Assembly: GCF_037042905.1 (NCBI RefSeq)
Contig: NC_087245.1
Coordinates: 30,630,001-30,694,000 of the forward strand
Length of the DNA stretch: 64,000 nt
Origin: Lytechinus pictus
Lineage: Eukaryota
Reading direction: 5' to 3'
Under the pieces are notes generated by a model. That model was not told the origin of the DNA. It was given only the letters and a program-made list of their open reading frames with translations, and ran no database searches. Made by a program: the position numbers and the translations under genes. This document shows, one piece after another, positions 15,001 through 28,399 of the stretch; position 1 is the stretch's first letter; the number at the start of each line of letters is the position of its first letter.

Positions 15001-18000
15001 CCCCCCCCTTGGTTGAACATTAATTCGGAGCCCAAGTGACAAACATCCATTTGGCGCCACAAGACAAACGTCAAATTGGTGCCCTTTTGTCGAACATCAA
15101 TTAGCGCCCCTAGGTCGAACATCGATTCGGCACCCCTTCCTTAGGTTTAAGATCAATTCGATGCCCCTATGTCGATATCAATTTGGCGCCCCTCTTGGTG
15201 AAACATCAATTCAGCCCCCCCCCCCTGGTTGAACATCAATTCTGCACCCTCCTTTGTCGAGCATTAATTCGGCGCCCCTATGTCGAACATCAGTTGGGTG
15301 CCCCCCTAGGTTGAACATCAATTCTGCGCCCCCCTAGGTCAAATATTAATTCGGCACCTCTAGGTCTAACATCAATTTGGACCCCCCCCCTTGGTGCAAT
15401 ATAAATTCAGCCCCGCGAGGTTGAACATCAATACGGCGCCCCCCCCCCTCCCCTAGGTTTAAGATCGATTAGGAGCCAACGTGTTAAACATCCATTTGGC
15501 GCCCAAAGACAAACGTCAAATTGGCTCCCCTATGTCAAACATAAATTTTGCGTCCTTAGGTTTAACACTAAATCGGCAACCTTATGTCGAACATGAATTC
15601 GGCGCCCTAAGTAAAATATGAATTCGGCGCCTACCTAGGTCGGACACATTAATTCGGCACCAACTTAGTTCGGACATTAATTTGGCTCCCCTTTGTCGAA
15701 CATCAATTCGGCGCCTCTAGATCGAATATCAATTTTGCGCGTTTTAGGTGCAACATCAATTCAGCCCCCCCCCCCCCAGGTTGAACATCAATTCAACGCC
15801 CGTCTTCCATGTTTAAGATCAATTTGACAAACGTCAAATTGGCGCCCCTAGGTCGAACATTAACTCGGCGCCCCCTCCCCTAAGTTTGAGATCAATTCGA
15901 CACCCCTATGTCGAACATCGATTTGGCGTCCCCCTTGGTGAAACATCAAATCAGCCCCCCCCCCTAATTGAACATCAATTCGGCGCCCAAGTATTTCGGA
16001 CATTAATTCGACTCCCCCTTTGTCGAACGTAAATTCGGCGCCTCTACACATCGAATATCGATTTTGCGCCCCCTTGATGCAACTTCAATTCAGCCCCCCC
16101 CCCCCTCCCAGTTTGAACATCAATTCGGCGCCCCTCCAATAGGTTAAAGATCAATTCGACGCCCCTTTGTCGAACATCGATTTGGCGGCGCCCCCCCCCC
16201 CCTTGGTAAAACATCAAATCAGCCCCCCCCCCTTGAACATCGATCCGGCGCCCCTATGTCGAATATCAATTCAGCCCCCCTGTTGAACATCAATTTGGCG
16301 CCCCTCCCGTAGGTTTAAGATCAATTCGACGCACCTATGTCGATCATCGACTTGGCGCCCCCCTTGGTGAAACATCAATTCAGCCCCCCCTCCCCTAGGT
16401 TGAACATTAATTCGGCGCCTCTAGGTCTAACATCAATTTGGCGCCCCCCCCCTGGTGCAACATAAATTCGGCGCCCCTCCACTAGGTTTAAGATCAATTC
16501 GACGCCCCTATGTCGAACATCAATTTGGCGCCCCCCTTGGTGAAACATCAATTTAGCCCCCCCCCCCCCCCGGTTGAACATTAATTCAACGCCCGTCTTC
16601 CATGTTTAAGATCAATTCGACGCCCCTATGTCGAACATCAATTTGGCGCCCCCCTTGGTGCAACAACAATTCAGCCCCCCCCCCCTTAGCTGAACATTAA
16701 TTCGGAGCCCACGTGTCAAACATCCATTTGGCGCCACAAGACAAACGTCAAATTGGCGCCCCTAGGTCGAGCATCAATTGGCGCTCCTAGGTCGAACAAT
16801 AATTCAATAATTCGGTGCCCCCCTTTGTCGAACACCAATTCGGCGCATCTACACCGAATATCGATTTTGCGCCCCTTAGGTGCATCATCAATCCAGCCCC
16901 CCACCCCCAGGTTGAACATCAATTCGGCACCCTCCTATGTCGAACATCAATTCGGCGCCACTGAGTAAAATGTGAATTCGGCGCCTACCTAGGTCGGACA
17001 CATTAATTCGGCGCCAACTTAGTTCGGACATTAATTCGGCTCCCCTTTGTCGAACACCAATTCGGCGCCTCTACACCGAATATCGATTTTGAGCCCCTTA
17101 GGTGCATCATCAATCCAGCCCCCCACCCCCAGGTTGAACATCAATTCAACGCCCGTCTTCCATGTTTAAGATCAATTCGACGCCCCTATGTCGAACATCA
17201 ATTTGGCGCCCCTCTGTCGAACATCAATTCGGCACCCTCCTATGTCGAACATCAATTCGGCGCCACTGAGTAAAATGTGAATTCGGCGCCTATTTAGGTC
17301 GGACATTAGTTCGGCTCCCCCTTTGTCGAACATCAATTGGGTGCCTCTAGATCGATTATCAATTTGGCGCCCCTCTGGGGCAATATCAGTTCAGCCCCCC
17401 CCCCCAGGTTGAACATCAATTCACCACCCCCTCCCCTAGGGTTTAGATCAATTCGACACCCCTATGTCGGACATTAATTCGGCTCCCCTTTGTCAAACAT
17501 CAATTTGGCCTCCCTAGGTGGAACATTATTCGGTGCCCCCTCCCCCCTAGGTGGAGCATTAATTCGGTGCCCCCTAGGTTTTTCACTAAATCGGCAACCT
17601 TATGTCGAACATGAATTCGGCAACCTCCTATGTCGAACATTTATTCGGCGCCCTGAGTAAAATATAAAATCGGCGCCTACTTAGTTCGGACATTAATTCG
17701 GCTCCCCTTTGTCGAGCATCAACTTGGCGCCTCTAGATCGAATATCAATTTTGCGCCTTTTATGTGCAACATCAATTTAGCCCCCCCCCCCCCGGTTGAA
17801 CATTAATTCAACGCCCGTCTTCCATGTTTAAGATCAATTCGACGCCCCTATGTCGAACATCAATTTGGCGCCCCCCTTGGTGCAACAACAATTCAGCCCC
17901 CCCTTAGTTGAACATTAATTCGGAGCCCACTTGTCAAACATCCATTTGGCGCCACAAGACAAACGTCAAATTGGCGCCCCTAGGTCGAGCATCAATTGGC

Positions 18001-21000
18001 GCCCCTAGGTCGAACAATAATTCAATAATTCGGTGCCCCCCTTTGTCGAACACCAATTTGGCGCATCTACACCGAATATCGATTTTGCGCCCCTTAGGTG
18101 CATCATCAATCCAGCCCCCCACCCCCAGGTTGAACATCAATTATACGCCCCTCCCCTAGGTTTAAGATCAATTCGACGCCCCTATGTCGAACATCAATTT
18201 GGCGCCCCTCTGTCGAACATCAATTCGGCACCCTCCAATGTCGAACATCAATTTGGTGCCCCTCTGTCGAACATCAATTCGGCACCCTCCTATGTCGAAC
18301 ATCAATTCGGCGCCACTGAGTTAAATATGAATTTGGCGCCTACCTAGGTCGGACACATTAATTCGGCGCCAACTTAAATCGGACATTAATTCGGCTCCCC
18401 TTTGTCGAACACCAATTCGGCGCCTCTACACCGAATATCGATTTTGAGCCCCTTAGGTGCATCATCAATCCAGCCCCCCACCCCCAGGTTGAACATCAAT
18501 TCAACGCCCGTCTTCCATGTTTAAGATCAATTCGACGCCCCTATGTCGACCATCAATTTGGCGCCCCTCTGTCGAACATCAATTCGGCACCCTCCTATGT
18601 CGAACATCAATTCGGCGCCACTGAGTAAAATGTGAATTCGGCGCCTATTTAGGTCGGACATTAGTTCGGCTCCCCCTTTGTCGAACATCAATTGGGTGCC
18701 TCTAGATCGATTATCAATTTGGCGCCCCTCTTGGGCAATATCAGTTCAGCCCCCCCCCCCCCCCCAGGTTGAACATCAATTCACCACCCCCTCCCCTAGG
18801 GTTTAGATCAATTCGACACCCCTATGTCGGACATTAATTCGGCTCCCCTTTGTCGAACATCAATTCGGCGCCTCTAGATCGAATATCGATTATGCGCCCC
18901 TTTTGGTGCAACATCAATTCAGCCCCCCTCCCCCAGGTTGAACATCAATTCACCACCCCCTCTCCTAGGGTTTAGATCAATTCGACACCCCTATGTCGGA
19001 CATTAATTCGGCTCCCCTTTGTCAAACATCAATTTGGCCTCCCTAGGTGGAACATTATTCGGTGCCCCCTAGGTGGAGCATTAATTCGGTGCCCCCTAGG
19101 TTTAACACTAAATCGGCAACCTTATGTCGAACATCAATTTGGCGCCCCTCTGTCGAACATCAATTCGGTACCCTCCTATGTCGAACATCAATTGGGCGCC
19201 TCTAGATCGAATATCAATTTGGCGCCCCTCTTGGTGCAACATCATTTCACCACCCCCTCCCCTAGGGTTTAGATCAATTCGACACCCCTCCCCTAGGTTT
19301 TAAGATCAATTCGACGCCCCTATGTCGAACATCTATTCGGCGCCCCCCTTGGTGCAACAACAATTCAGCTCCCCCCCCCTTGGTTGAACATTAATTCGGA
19401 GCCCAAGTGACAAACATCCATTTGGCGCCACAAGACAAACGTCAAATTGGTGCCCTTTTGTCGAACATCAATTAGCGCCCCTAGGTCGAACATCGATTCG
19501 GCACCCCTTCCTTAGGTTTAAGATCAATTCGATGCCCCTATGTCGATATCAATTTGGCGCCCCTCTTGGTGAAACATCAATTCAGCCCCCCCCCCTGGTT
19601 GAACATCAATTCTGCACCCTCCTTTGTCGAGCATTAATTCGGCGCCCCTATGTCGAACATCAGTTGGGTGCCCCCCTAGGTTGAACATCAATTCTGCGCC
19701 CCCCTAGGTCAAATATTAATTCGGCACCTCTAGGTCTAACATCAATTTGGACCCCCCCCCCCCTTGGTGCAATATAAATTCAGCCCCGCGAGGTTGAACA
19801 TCAATACGGCGCCCCCCCCCCTCCCCTAGGTTTAAGATCGATTAGGAGCCAACGTGTTAAACATCCATTTGGCGCCCAAAGACAAACGTCAAATTGGCTC
19901 CCCTATGTCAAACATAAATTTTGCGTCCTTAGGTTTAACACTAAATCGGCAACCTTATGTCGAACATGAATTCGGCGCCCTAAGTAAAATATGAATTCGG
20001 CGCCTACCTAGGTCGGACACATTAATTCGGCACCAACTTAGTTCGGACATTAATTTGGCTCCCCTTTGTCGAACATCAATTCGGCGCCTCTAGATCGAAT
20101 ATCAATTTTGCGCGTTTTAGGTGCAACATCAATTCAGCCCCCCCCCCCAGGTTGAACATCAATTCAACGCCCGTCTTCCATGTTTAAGATCAATTTGACA
20201 AACGTCAAATTGGCGCCCCTAGGTCGAACATTAACTCGGCGCCCCCTCCCCTAAGTTTGAGATCAATTCGACACCCCTATGTCGAACATCGATTTGGCGT
20301 CCCCCTTGGTGAAACATCAAATCAGCCCCCCCCCCTAATTGAACATCAATTCGGCGCCCAAGTATTTCGGACATTAATTCGACTCCCCCTTTGTCGAACG
20401 TAAATTCGGCGCCTCTACACATCGAATATCGATTTTGCGCCCCCTTGATGCAACTTCAATTCAGCCCCCCCCCTCCCAGTTTGAACATCAATTCGGCGCC
20501 CCTCCAATAGGTTAAAGATCAATTCGACGCCCCTTTGTCGAACATCGATTTGGCGGCGCCCCCCCCCCTTGGTAAAACATCAAATCAGCCCCCCCCCCCT
20601 TGAACATCGATCCGGCGCCCCTATGTCGAATATCAATTCAGCCCCCCTGTTGAACATCAATTTGGCGCCCCTCCCGTAGGTTTAAGATCAATTCGACGCA
20701 CCTATGTCGATCATCGACTTGGCGCCCCCCTTGGTGAAACATCAATTCAGCCCCCCCTCCCCTAGGTTGAACATTAATTCGGCGCCTCTAGGTCTAACAT
20801 CAATTTGGCGCCCCCCCCCCTGGTGCAACATAAATTCGGCGCCCCTCCACTAGGTTTAAGATCAATTCGACGCCCCTATGTCGAACATCAATTTGGCGCC
20901 CCCCTTGGTGAAACATCAATTTAGCCCCCCCCCCCCCCGGTTGAACATTAATTCAACGCCCGTCTTCCATGTTTAAGATCAATTCGACGCCCCTATGTCG

Positions 21001-23390
21001 AACATCAATTTGGCGCCCCCCTTGGTGCAACAACAATTCAGCCCCCCCCCCCCCTTAGCTGAACATTAATTCGGAGCCCACGTGTCAAACATCCATTTGG
21101 CGCCACAAGACAAACGTCAAATTGGCGCCCCTAGGTCGAGCATCAATTGGCGCTCCTAGGTCGAACAATAATTCAATAATTCGGTGCCCCCCTTTGTCGA
21201 ACACCAATTCGGCGCATCTACACCGAATATCGATTTTGCGCCCCTTAGGTGCATCATCAATCCAGCCCCCCACCCCCAGGTTGAACATCAATTCGGCACC
21301 CTCCTATGTCGAACATCAATTCGGCGCCACTGAGTAAAATGTGAATTCGGCGCCTACCTAGGTCGGACACATTAATTCGGCGCCAACTTAGTTCGGACAT
21401 TAATTCGGCTCCCCTTTGTCGAACACCAATTCGGCGCCTCTACACCGAATATCGATTTTGAGCCCCTTAGGTGCATCATCAATCCAGCCCCCCACCCCCA
21501 GGTTGAACATCAATTCAACGCCCGTCTTCCATGTTTAAGATCAATTCGACGCCCCTATGTCGAACATCAATTTGGCGCCCCTCTGTCGAACATCAATTCG
21601 GCACCCTCCTATGTCGAACATCAATTCGGCGCCACTGAGTAAAATGTGAATTCGGCGCCTATTTAGGTCGGACATTAGTTCGGCTCCCCCTTTGTCGAAC
21701 ATCAATTGGGTGCCTCTAGATCGATTATCAATTTGGCGCCCCTCTGGGGCAATATCAGTTCAGCCCCCCCCCCCCAGGTTGAACATCAATTCACCACCCC
21801 CTCCCCTAGGGTTTAGATCAATTCGACACCCCTATGTCGGACATTAATTCGGCTCCCCTTTGTCAAACATCAATTTGGCCTCCCTAGGTGGAACATTATT
21901 CGGTGCCCCCTCCCCCCTAGGTGGAGCATTAATTCGGTGCCCCCTAGGTTTTTCACTAAATCGGCAACCTTATGTCGAACATGAATTCGGCAACCTCCTA
22001 TGTCGAACATTTATTCGGCGCCCTGAGTAAAATATAAAATCGGCGCCTACTTAGTTCGGACATTAATTCGGCTCCCCTTTGTCGAGCATCAACTTGGCGC
22101 CTCTAGATCGAATATCAATTTTGCGCCTTTTATGTGCAACATCAATTTAGCCCCCCCCCCCGGTTGAACATTAATTCAACGCCCGTCTTCCATGTTTAAG
22201 ATCAATTCGACGCCCCTATGTCGAACATCAATTTGGCGCCCCCCTTGGTGCAACAACAATTCAGCCCCCCCTTAGTTGAACATTAATTCGGAGCCCACTT
22301 GTCAAACATCCATTTGGCGCCACAAGACAAACGTCAAATTGGCGCCCCTAGGTCGAGCATCAATTGGCGCCCCTAGGTCGAACAATAATTCAATAATTCG
22401 GTGCCCCCCTTTGTCGAACACCAATTTGGCGCATCTACACCGAATATCGATTTTGCGCCCCTTAGGTGCATCATCAATCCAGCCCCCCACCCCCAGGTTG
22501 AACATCAATTATACGCCCCTCCCCTAGGTTTAAGATCAATTCGACGCCCCTATGTCGAACATCAATTTGGCGCCCCTCTGTCGAACATCAATTCGGCACC
22601 CTCCAATGTCGAACATCAATTTGGTGCCCCTCTGTCGAACATCAATTCGGCACCCTCCTATGTCGAACATCAATTCGGCGCCACTGAGTTAAATGTGAAT
22701 TTGGCGCCTACCTAGGTCGGACACATTAATTCGGCGCCAACTTAAATCGGACATTAATTCGGCTCCCCTTTGTCGAACACCAATTCGGCGCCTCTACACC
22801 GAATATCGATTTTGAGCCCCTTAGGTGCATCATCAATCCAGCCCCCCACCCCCAGGTTGAACATCAATTCAACGCCCGTCTTCCATGTTTAAGATCAATT
22901 CGACGCCCCTATGTCGACCATCAATTTGGCGCCCCTCTGTCGAACATCAATTCGGCACCCTCCTATGTCGAACATCAATTCGGCGCCACTGAGTAAAATG
23001 TGAATTCGGCGCCTATTTAGGTCGGACATTAGTTCGGCTCCCCCTTTGTCGAACATCAATTGGGTGCCTCTAGATCGATTATCAATTTGGCGCCCCTCTT
23101 GGGCAATATCAGTTCAGCCCCCCCCCCCCCCAGGTTGAACATCAATTCACCACCCCCTCCCCTAGGGTTTAGATCAATTCGACACCCCTATGTCGGACAT
23201 TAATTCGGCTCCCCTTTGTCGAACATCAATTCGGCGCCTCTAGATCGAATATCGATTATGCGCCCCTTTTGGTGCAACATCAATTCAGCCCCCCTCCCCC
23301 AGGTTGAACATCAATTCACCACCCCCTCTCCTAGGGTTTAGATCAATTCGACACCCCTATGTCGGACATTAATTCGGCTCCCCTTTGTCA

Positions 23391-24627
23391 CCTTATTCAT
23401 TAATGATCTCCCAAACGCTATACCAAATGGCACCGTTTACATGTATGCTGACGATACTACTATTTCTGTTTGGGGGGGATCGAAGCAAGAGGTTGAGCTA
23501 AAACTGTCAAAAGCTCTTAGGGATTTGGACTCTTGGCTCAATAAAAACAATTTGATTTTGAATAGTGACAAGACCAAAACGATGCTACTAGGATCAAAAC
23601 AAAAGCTAAGGTCACTAGACAGCAATATGCTATCGATAGTGTTAAATGGATGTCAATTGGAATGTGTAAATGAATATAAATGTTTAGGAGTTATCATAGA
23701 TAACAATCTCGACTTTAAAAAACACGTTGACAGCATATCTTTAATTGTAAAACAAAAACTAGGAACTATTCGCCGCTGTAAACAGTATTTTGATAAAGCA
23801 CAATTGAATAAGCTGTATTGGGCTTTTGTAATGCCCCATATAATGTATTGCTGTACCGTCTGGTCGGAAAGATCTGAAATTAATCACAGTAAGTTAGAGA
23901 GATTACATAAGAGGGCAGCATACATGGTATCTAACTTCTCTTGGGAAACTCCATCTGAACAAATTTTCAAAATATTATCCTGGCCCAAAATACGCAATGT
24001 CTTTTTTAGAGCATCTCGCTTAATGGTTCATAAATGTTTACACGAAGCTGCTCCCCAGGTGCTTTGTGATAAGTTTATTTATATAGAGAAAATATCCTCC
24101 CGAACAACTAGAAGCACAAATAAGATGATAATCAGGGTGCCATATGCTCGTACAACCTTTTATCAGAAATCATTTTTTGTCACAGGCCCATTACATTGGA
24201 ATAAACTACCCGAACACCTCCGATTCATAGAAAACATTAAACAGTTCAAACGGGAAATGGCTAAATGGGAAAAAACCTTTAATATGTAATAGGGACTAAT
24301 GGTGGAATCTATTTTATTCTTTCTCCTCATTTTGTACATATTTTATCTCTTTTCATGTGTATATAATGTTTTCGTTTAGTTTTAGGTAACATCTGTACAG
24401 TATCATATTTTATTTGTTCTGTTATTTTCCATAGTTAATTATGCTTATTTCATTTCATTTTTTTTCTTCAATATTAGTATTTATGCTCTATTCTTTGTTT
24501 ATACTTGAATATGTTACCATGTTTTATATTTGTGTTTGTTCACGAAGGGCCTCAACGAAAACCAGCTTGTTGCTGATTGAGCTACCCTTCTTTTAAATAT
24601 TTGAAATAAATAAATAAATAAATAAAA
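23391..24627 (+). mobile_element. 5'-truncated non-LTR retrotransposon (CR1/L2 group, Crack/L2-like), 1237 bp, young
   Basis: Inserted at TTGTCA^AACATC; the empty site is seen in other HOR copies (e.g. ~10,466). It has an RT C-terminal half, an AT-rich 3' UTR, a terminal stem-loop at 24,544-24,590 and a (TAAA)n tail. No clear TSD. Confidence 0.93.
23393..24289 (+). CDS. Partial LINE reverse transcriptase (C-terminal half of ORF2), uninterrupted frame, 5'-truncated
   Basis: In-frame LFINDLP...MYADDTT catalytic motif, then WLNKNNLILNSDKTKTM, KCLGVIIDNNLDF, YCCTVW and WNKLPEHL, all typical of CR1/L2-group RTs. Confidence 0.92.
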   Translation, partial: LFINDLPNAIPNGTVYMYADDTTISVWGGSKQEVELKLSKALRDLDSWLNKNNLILNSDKTKTMLLGSKQKLRSLDSNMLSIVLNGCQLECVNEYKCLGVIIDNNLDFKKHVDSISLIVKQKLGTIRRCKQYFDKAQLNKLYWAFVMPHIMYCCTVWSERSEINHSKLERLHKRAAYMVSNFSWETPSEQIFKILSWPKIRNVFFRASRLMVHKCLHEAAPQVLCDKFIYIEKISSRTTRSTNKMIIRVPYARTTFYQKSFFVTGPLHWNKLPEHLRFIENIKQFKREMAKWEKTFNM

Positions 24628-27600
24628 AACATCAATTTGGCCTCCCTAGGTGGAACATTATTCGGTGCCCCCTAGGTGGAGCATTAATTCGGTGCCCCCT
24701 AGGTTTAACACTAAATCGGCAACCTTATGTCGAACATCAATTTGGCGCCCCTCTGTCGAACATCAATTCGGTACCCTCCTATGTCGAACATCAATTGGGC
24801 GCCTCTAGATCGAATATCAATTTGGCGCCCCTCTTGGTGCAACATCATTTCACCACCCCCTCCCCTAGGGTTTAGATCAATTCGACACCCCTCCCCTAGG
24901 TTTTAAGATCAATTCGACGCCCCTATGTCGAACATCTATTCGGCGCCCCCCTTGGTGCAACAACAATTCAGCTCCCCCCCCCCTTGGTTGAACATTAATT
25001 CGGAGCCCAAGTGACAAACATCCATTTGGCGCCACAAGACAAACGTCAAATTGGTGCCCTTTTGTCGAACATCAATTAGCGCCCCTAGGTCGAACATCGA
25101 TTCGGCACCCCTTCCTTAGGTTTAAGATCAATTCGATGCCCCTATGTCGATATCAATTTGGCGCCCCTCTTGGTGAAACATCAATTCAGCCCCCCCCCCC
25201 CCTGGTTGAACATCAATTCTGCACCCTCCTTTGTCGAGCATTAATTCGGCGCCCCTATGTCGAACATCAGTTGGGTGCCCCCCTAGGTTGAACATCAATT
25301 CTGCGCCCCCCTAGGTCAAATATTAATTCGGCACCTCTAGGTCTAACATCAATTTAGACCCCCCCCCCCCTTGGTGCAATATAAATTCAGCCCCGCGAGG
25401 TTGAACATCAATACGGCGCCCCCCCCCCCTCCCCTAGGTTTAAGATCGATTAGGAGCCAACGTGTTAAACATCCATTTGGCGCCCAAAGACAAACGTCAA
25501 ATTGGCTCCCCTATGTCAAACATAAATTTTGCGTCCTTAGGTTTAACACTAAATCGGCAACCTTATGTCGAACATGAATTCGGCGCCCTAAGTAAAATAT
25601 GAATTCGGCGCCTACCTAGGTCGGACACATTAATTCGGCACCAACTTAGTTCGGACATTAATTTGGCTCCCCTTTGTCGAACATCAATTCGGCGCCTCTA
25701 GATCGAATATCAATTTTGCGCGTTTTAGGTGCAACATCAATTCAGCCCCCCCCCCCCCAGGTTGAACATCAATTCAACGCCCGTCTTCCATGTTTAAGAT
25801 CAATTTGACAAACGTCAAATTGGCGCCCCTAGGTCGAACATTAACTCGGCGCCCCCTCCCCTAAGTTTGAGATCAATTCGACACCCCTATGTCGAACATC
25901 GATTTGGCGTCCCCCTTGGTGAAACATCAAATCAGCCCCCCCCCCCCTAATTGAACATCAATTCGGCGCCCAAGTATTTCGGACATTAATTCGACTCCCC
26001 CTTTGTCGAACGTAAATTCGGCGCCTCTACACATCGAATATCGATTTTGCGCCCCCTTGATGCAACTTCAATTCAGCCCCCCCCCTCCCAGTTTGAACAT
26101 CAATTCGGCGCCCCTCCAATAGGTTAAAGATCAATTCGACGCCCCTTTGTCGAACATCGATTTGGCGGCGCCCCCCCCCCCCTTGGTAAAACATCAAATC
26201 AGCCCCCCCCCCTTGAACATCGATCCGGCGCCCCTATGTCGAATATCAATTCAGCCCCCCCTGTTGAACATCAATTTGGCGCCCCTCCCGTAGGTTTAAG
26301 ATCAATTCGACGCACCTATGTCGATCATCGACTTGGCGCCCCCCTTGGTGAAACATCAATTCAGCCCCCCCTCCCCTAGGTTGAACATTAATTCGGCGCC
26401 TCTAGGTCTAACATCAATTTGGCGCCCCCCCCTGGTGCAACATAAATTCGGCGCCCCTCCACTAGGTTTAAGATCAATTCGACGCCCCTATGTCGAACAT
26501 CAATTTGGCGCCCCCCTTGGTGAAACATCAATTTAGCCCCCCCCCCCGGTTGAACATTAATTCAACGCCCGTCTTCCATGTTTAAGATCAATTCGACGCC
26601 CCTATGTCGAACATCAATTTGGCGCCCCCCTTGGTGCAACAACAATTCAGCCCCCCCCCCTTAGCTGAACATTAATTCGGAGCCCACGTGTCAAACATCC
26701 ATTTGGCGCCACAAGACAAACGTCAAATTGGCGCCCCTAGGTCGAGCATCAATTGGCGCCCCTAGGTCGAACAATAATTCAATAATTCGGTGCCCCCCTT
26801 TGTCGAACACCAATTCGGCGCATCTACACCGAATATCGATTTTGCGCCCCTTAGGTGCATCATCAATCCAGCCCCCCACCCCCAGGTTGAACATCAATTA
26901 TGCGCCCCTCCCCTAGGTTTAAGATCAATTCGACGCCCCTATGTCGAACATCAATTTGGCGCCCCTCTGTCGAACATCAATTCGGCACCCTCCTATGTCG
27001 AACATCAATTTGGTGCCCCTCTGTCGAACATCAATTCGGCACCCTCCTATGTCGCACATCAATTCGGCGCCACTGAGTAAAATGTGAATTCGGCGCCTAC
27101 CTAGGTCGGACACATTAATTCGGCGCCAACTTAGTTCGGACATTAATTCGGCTCCCCTTTGTCGAACACCAATTCGGCGCCTCTACACCGAATATCGATT
27201 TTGAGCCCCTTAGGTGCATCATCAATCCAGCCCCCCACCCCCAGGTTGAACATCAATTCAACGCCCGTCTTCCATGTTTAAGATCAATTCGACGCCCCTA
27301 TGTCGAACATCAATTTGGCGCCCCTCTGTCGAACATCAATTCGGCACCCTCCTATGTCGAACATCAATTCGGCGCCACTGAGTAAAATGTGAATTCGGCG
27401 CCTATTTAGGTCGGATATTAGTTCGGCTCCCCCTCTGTCGAACATCAATTGGGTGCCTCTAGATCGATTATCAATTTGGCGCCCCTCTTGGGCAATATCA
27501 GTTCAGCCCCCCCCCCCCAGGTTGAACATCAATTCACCACCCCCTCCCCTAGGGTTTAGATCAATTCGACACCCCTATGTCGGACATTAATTCGGCTCCC

Positions 27601-28399
27601 CTCTGTCGAACATCAATTCGGCGCCTCTAGATCGAATATCGATTATGCGCCCCTTTTGGTGCAACATCAATTCAGCCCCCTTCCCCCAGGTTGAACATCA
27701 ATTCACCACCCCCTCCCCTAGGGTTTAGATCAATTCGACACCCCTATGTCGGACATTAATTCGGCTCCCCTTTGTCAAACATCAATTTGGCCTCCCTAGG
27801 TGGAACATTATTCGGTGCCCCCTAGGTGGAGCATTAATTCGGTGCCCCCTAGGTTTAACACTAAATCGGCAACCTTATGTCGAACATCAATTTGGCGCCC
27901 CTCTGTCGAACATCAATTCGGTACCCTCCTATGTCGAACATCAATTGGGCGCCTCTAGATCGAATATCAATTTGGCGCCCCTCTTGGTGCAACATCATTT
28001 CACCACCCCCTCCCCTAGGGTTTAGATCAATTCGACACCCCTCCCCTAGGTTTTAAGATCAATTCGACGCCCCTATGTCGAACATCTATTCGGCGCCCCC
28101 CTTGGTGCAACAACAATTCAGCTCCCCCCCCCCTTGGTTGAACATTAATTCGGAGCCCAAGTGACAAACATCCATTTGGCGCCACAAGACAAACGTCAAA
28201 TTGGTGCCCTTTTGTCGAACATCAATTAGCGCCCCTAGGTCGAACATCGATTCGGCACCCCTTCCTTAGGTTTAAGATCAATTCGATGCCCCTATGTCGA
28301 TATCAATTTGGCGCCCCTCTTGGTGAAACATCAATTCAGCCCCCCCCCCCTGGTTGAACATCAATTCTGCACCCTCCTTTGTCGAGCATTAATTCGGCG

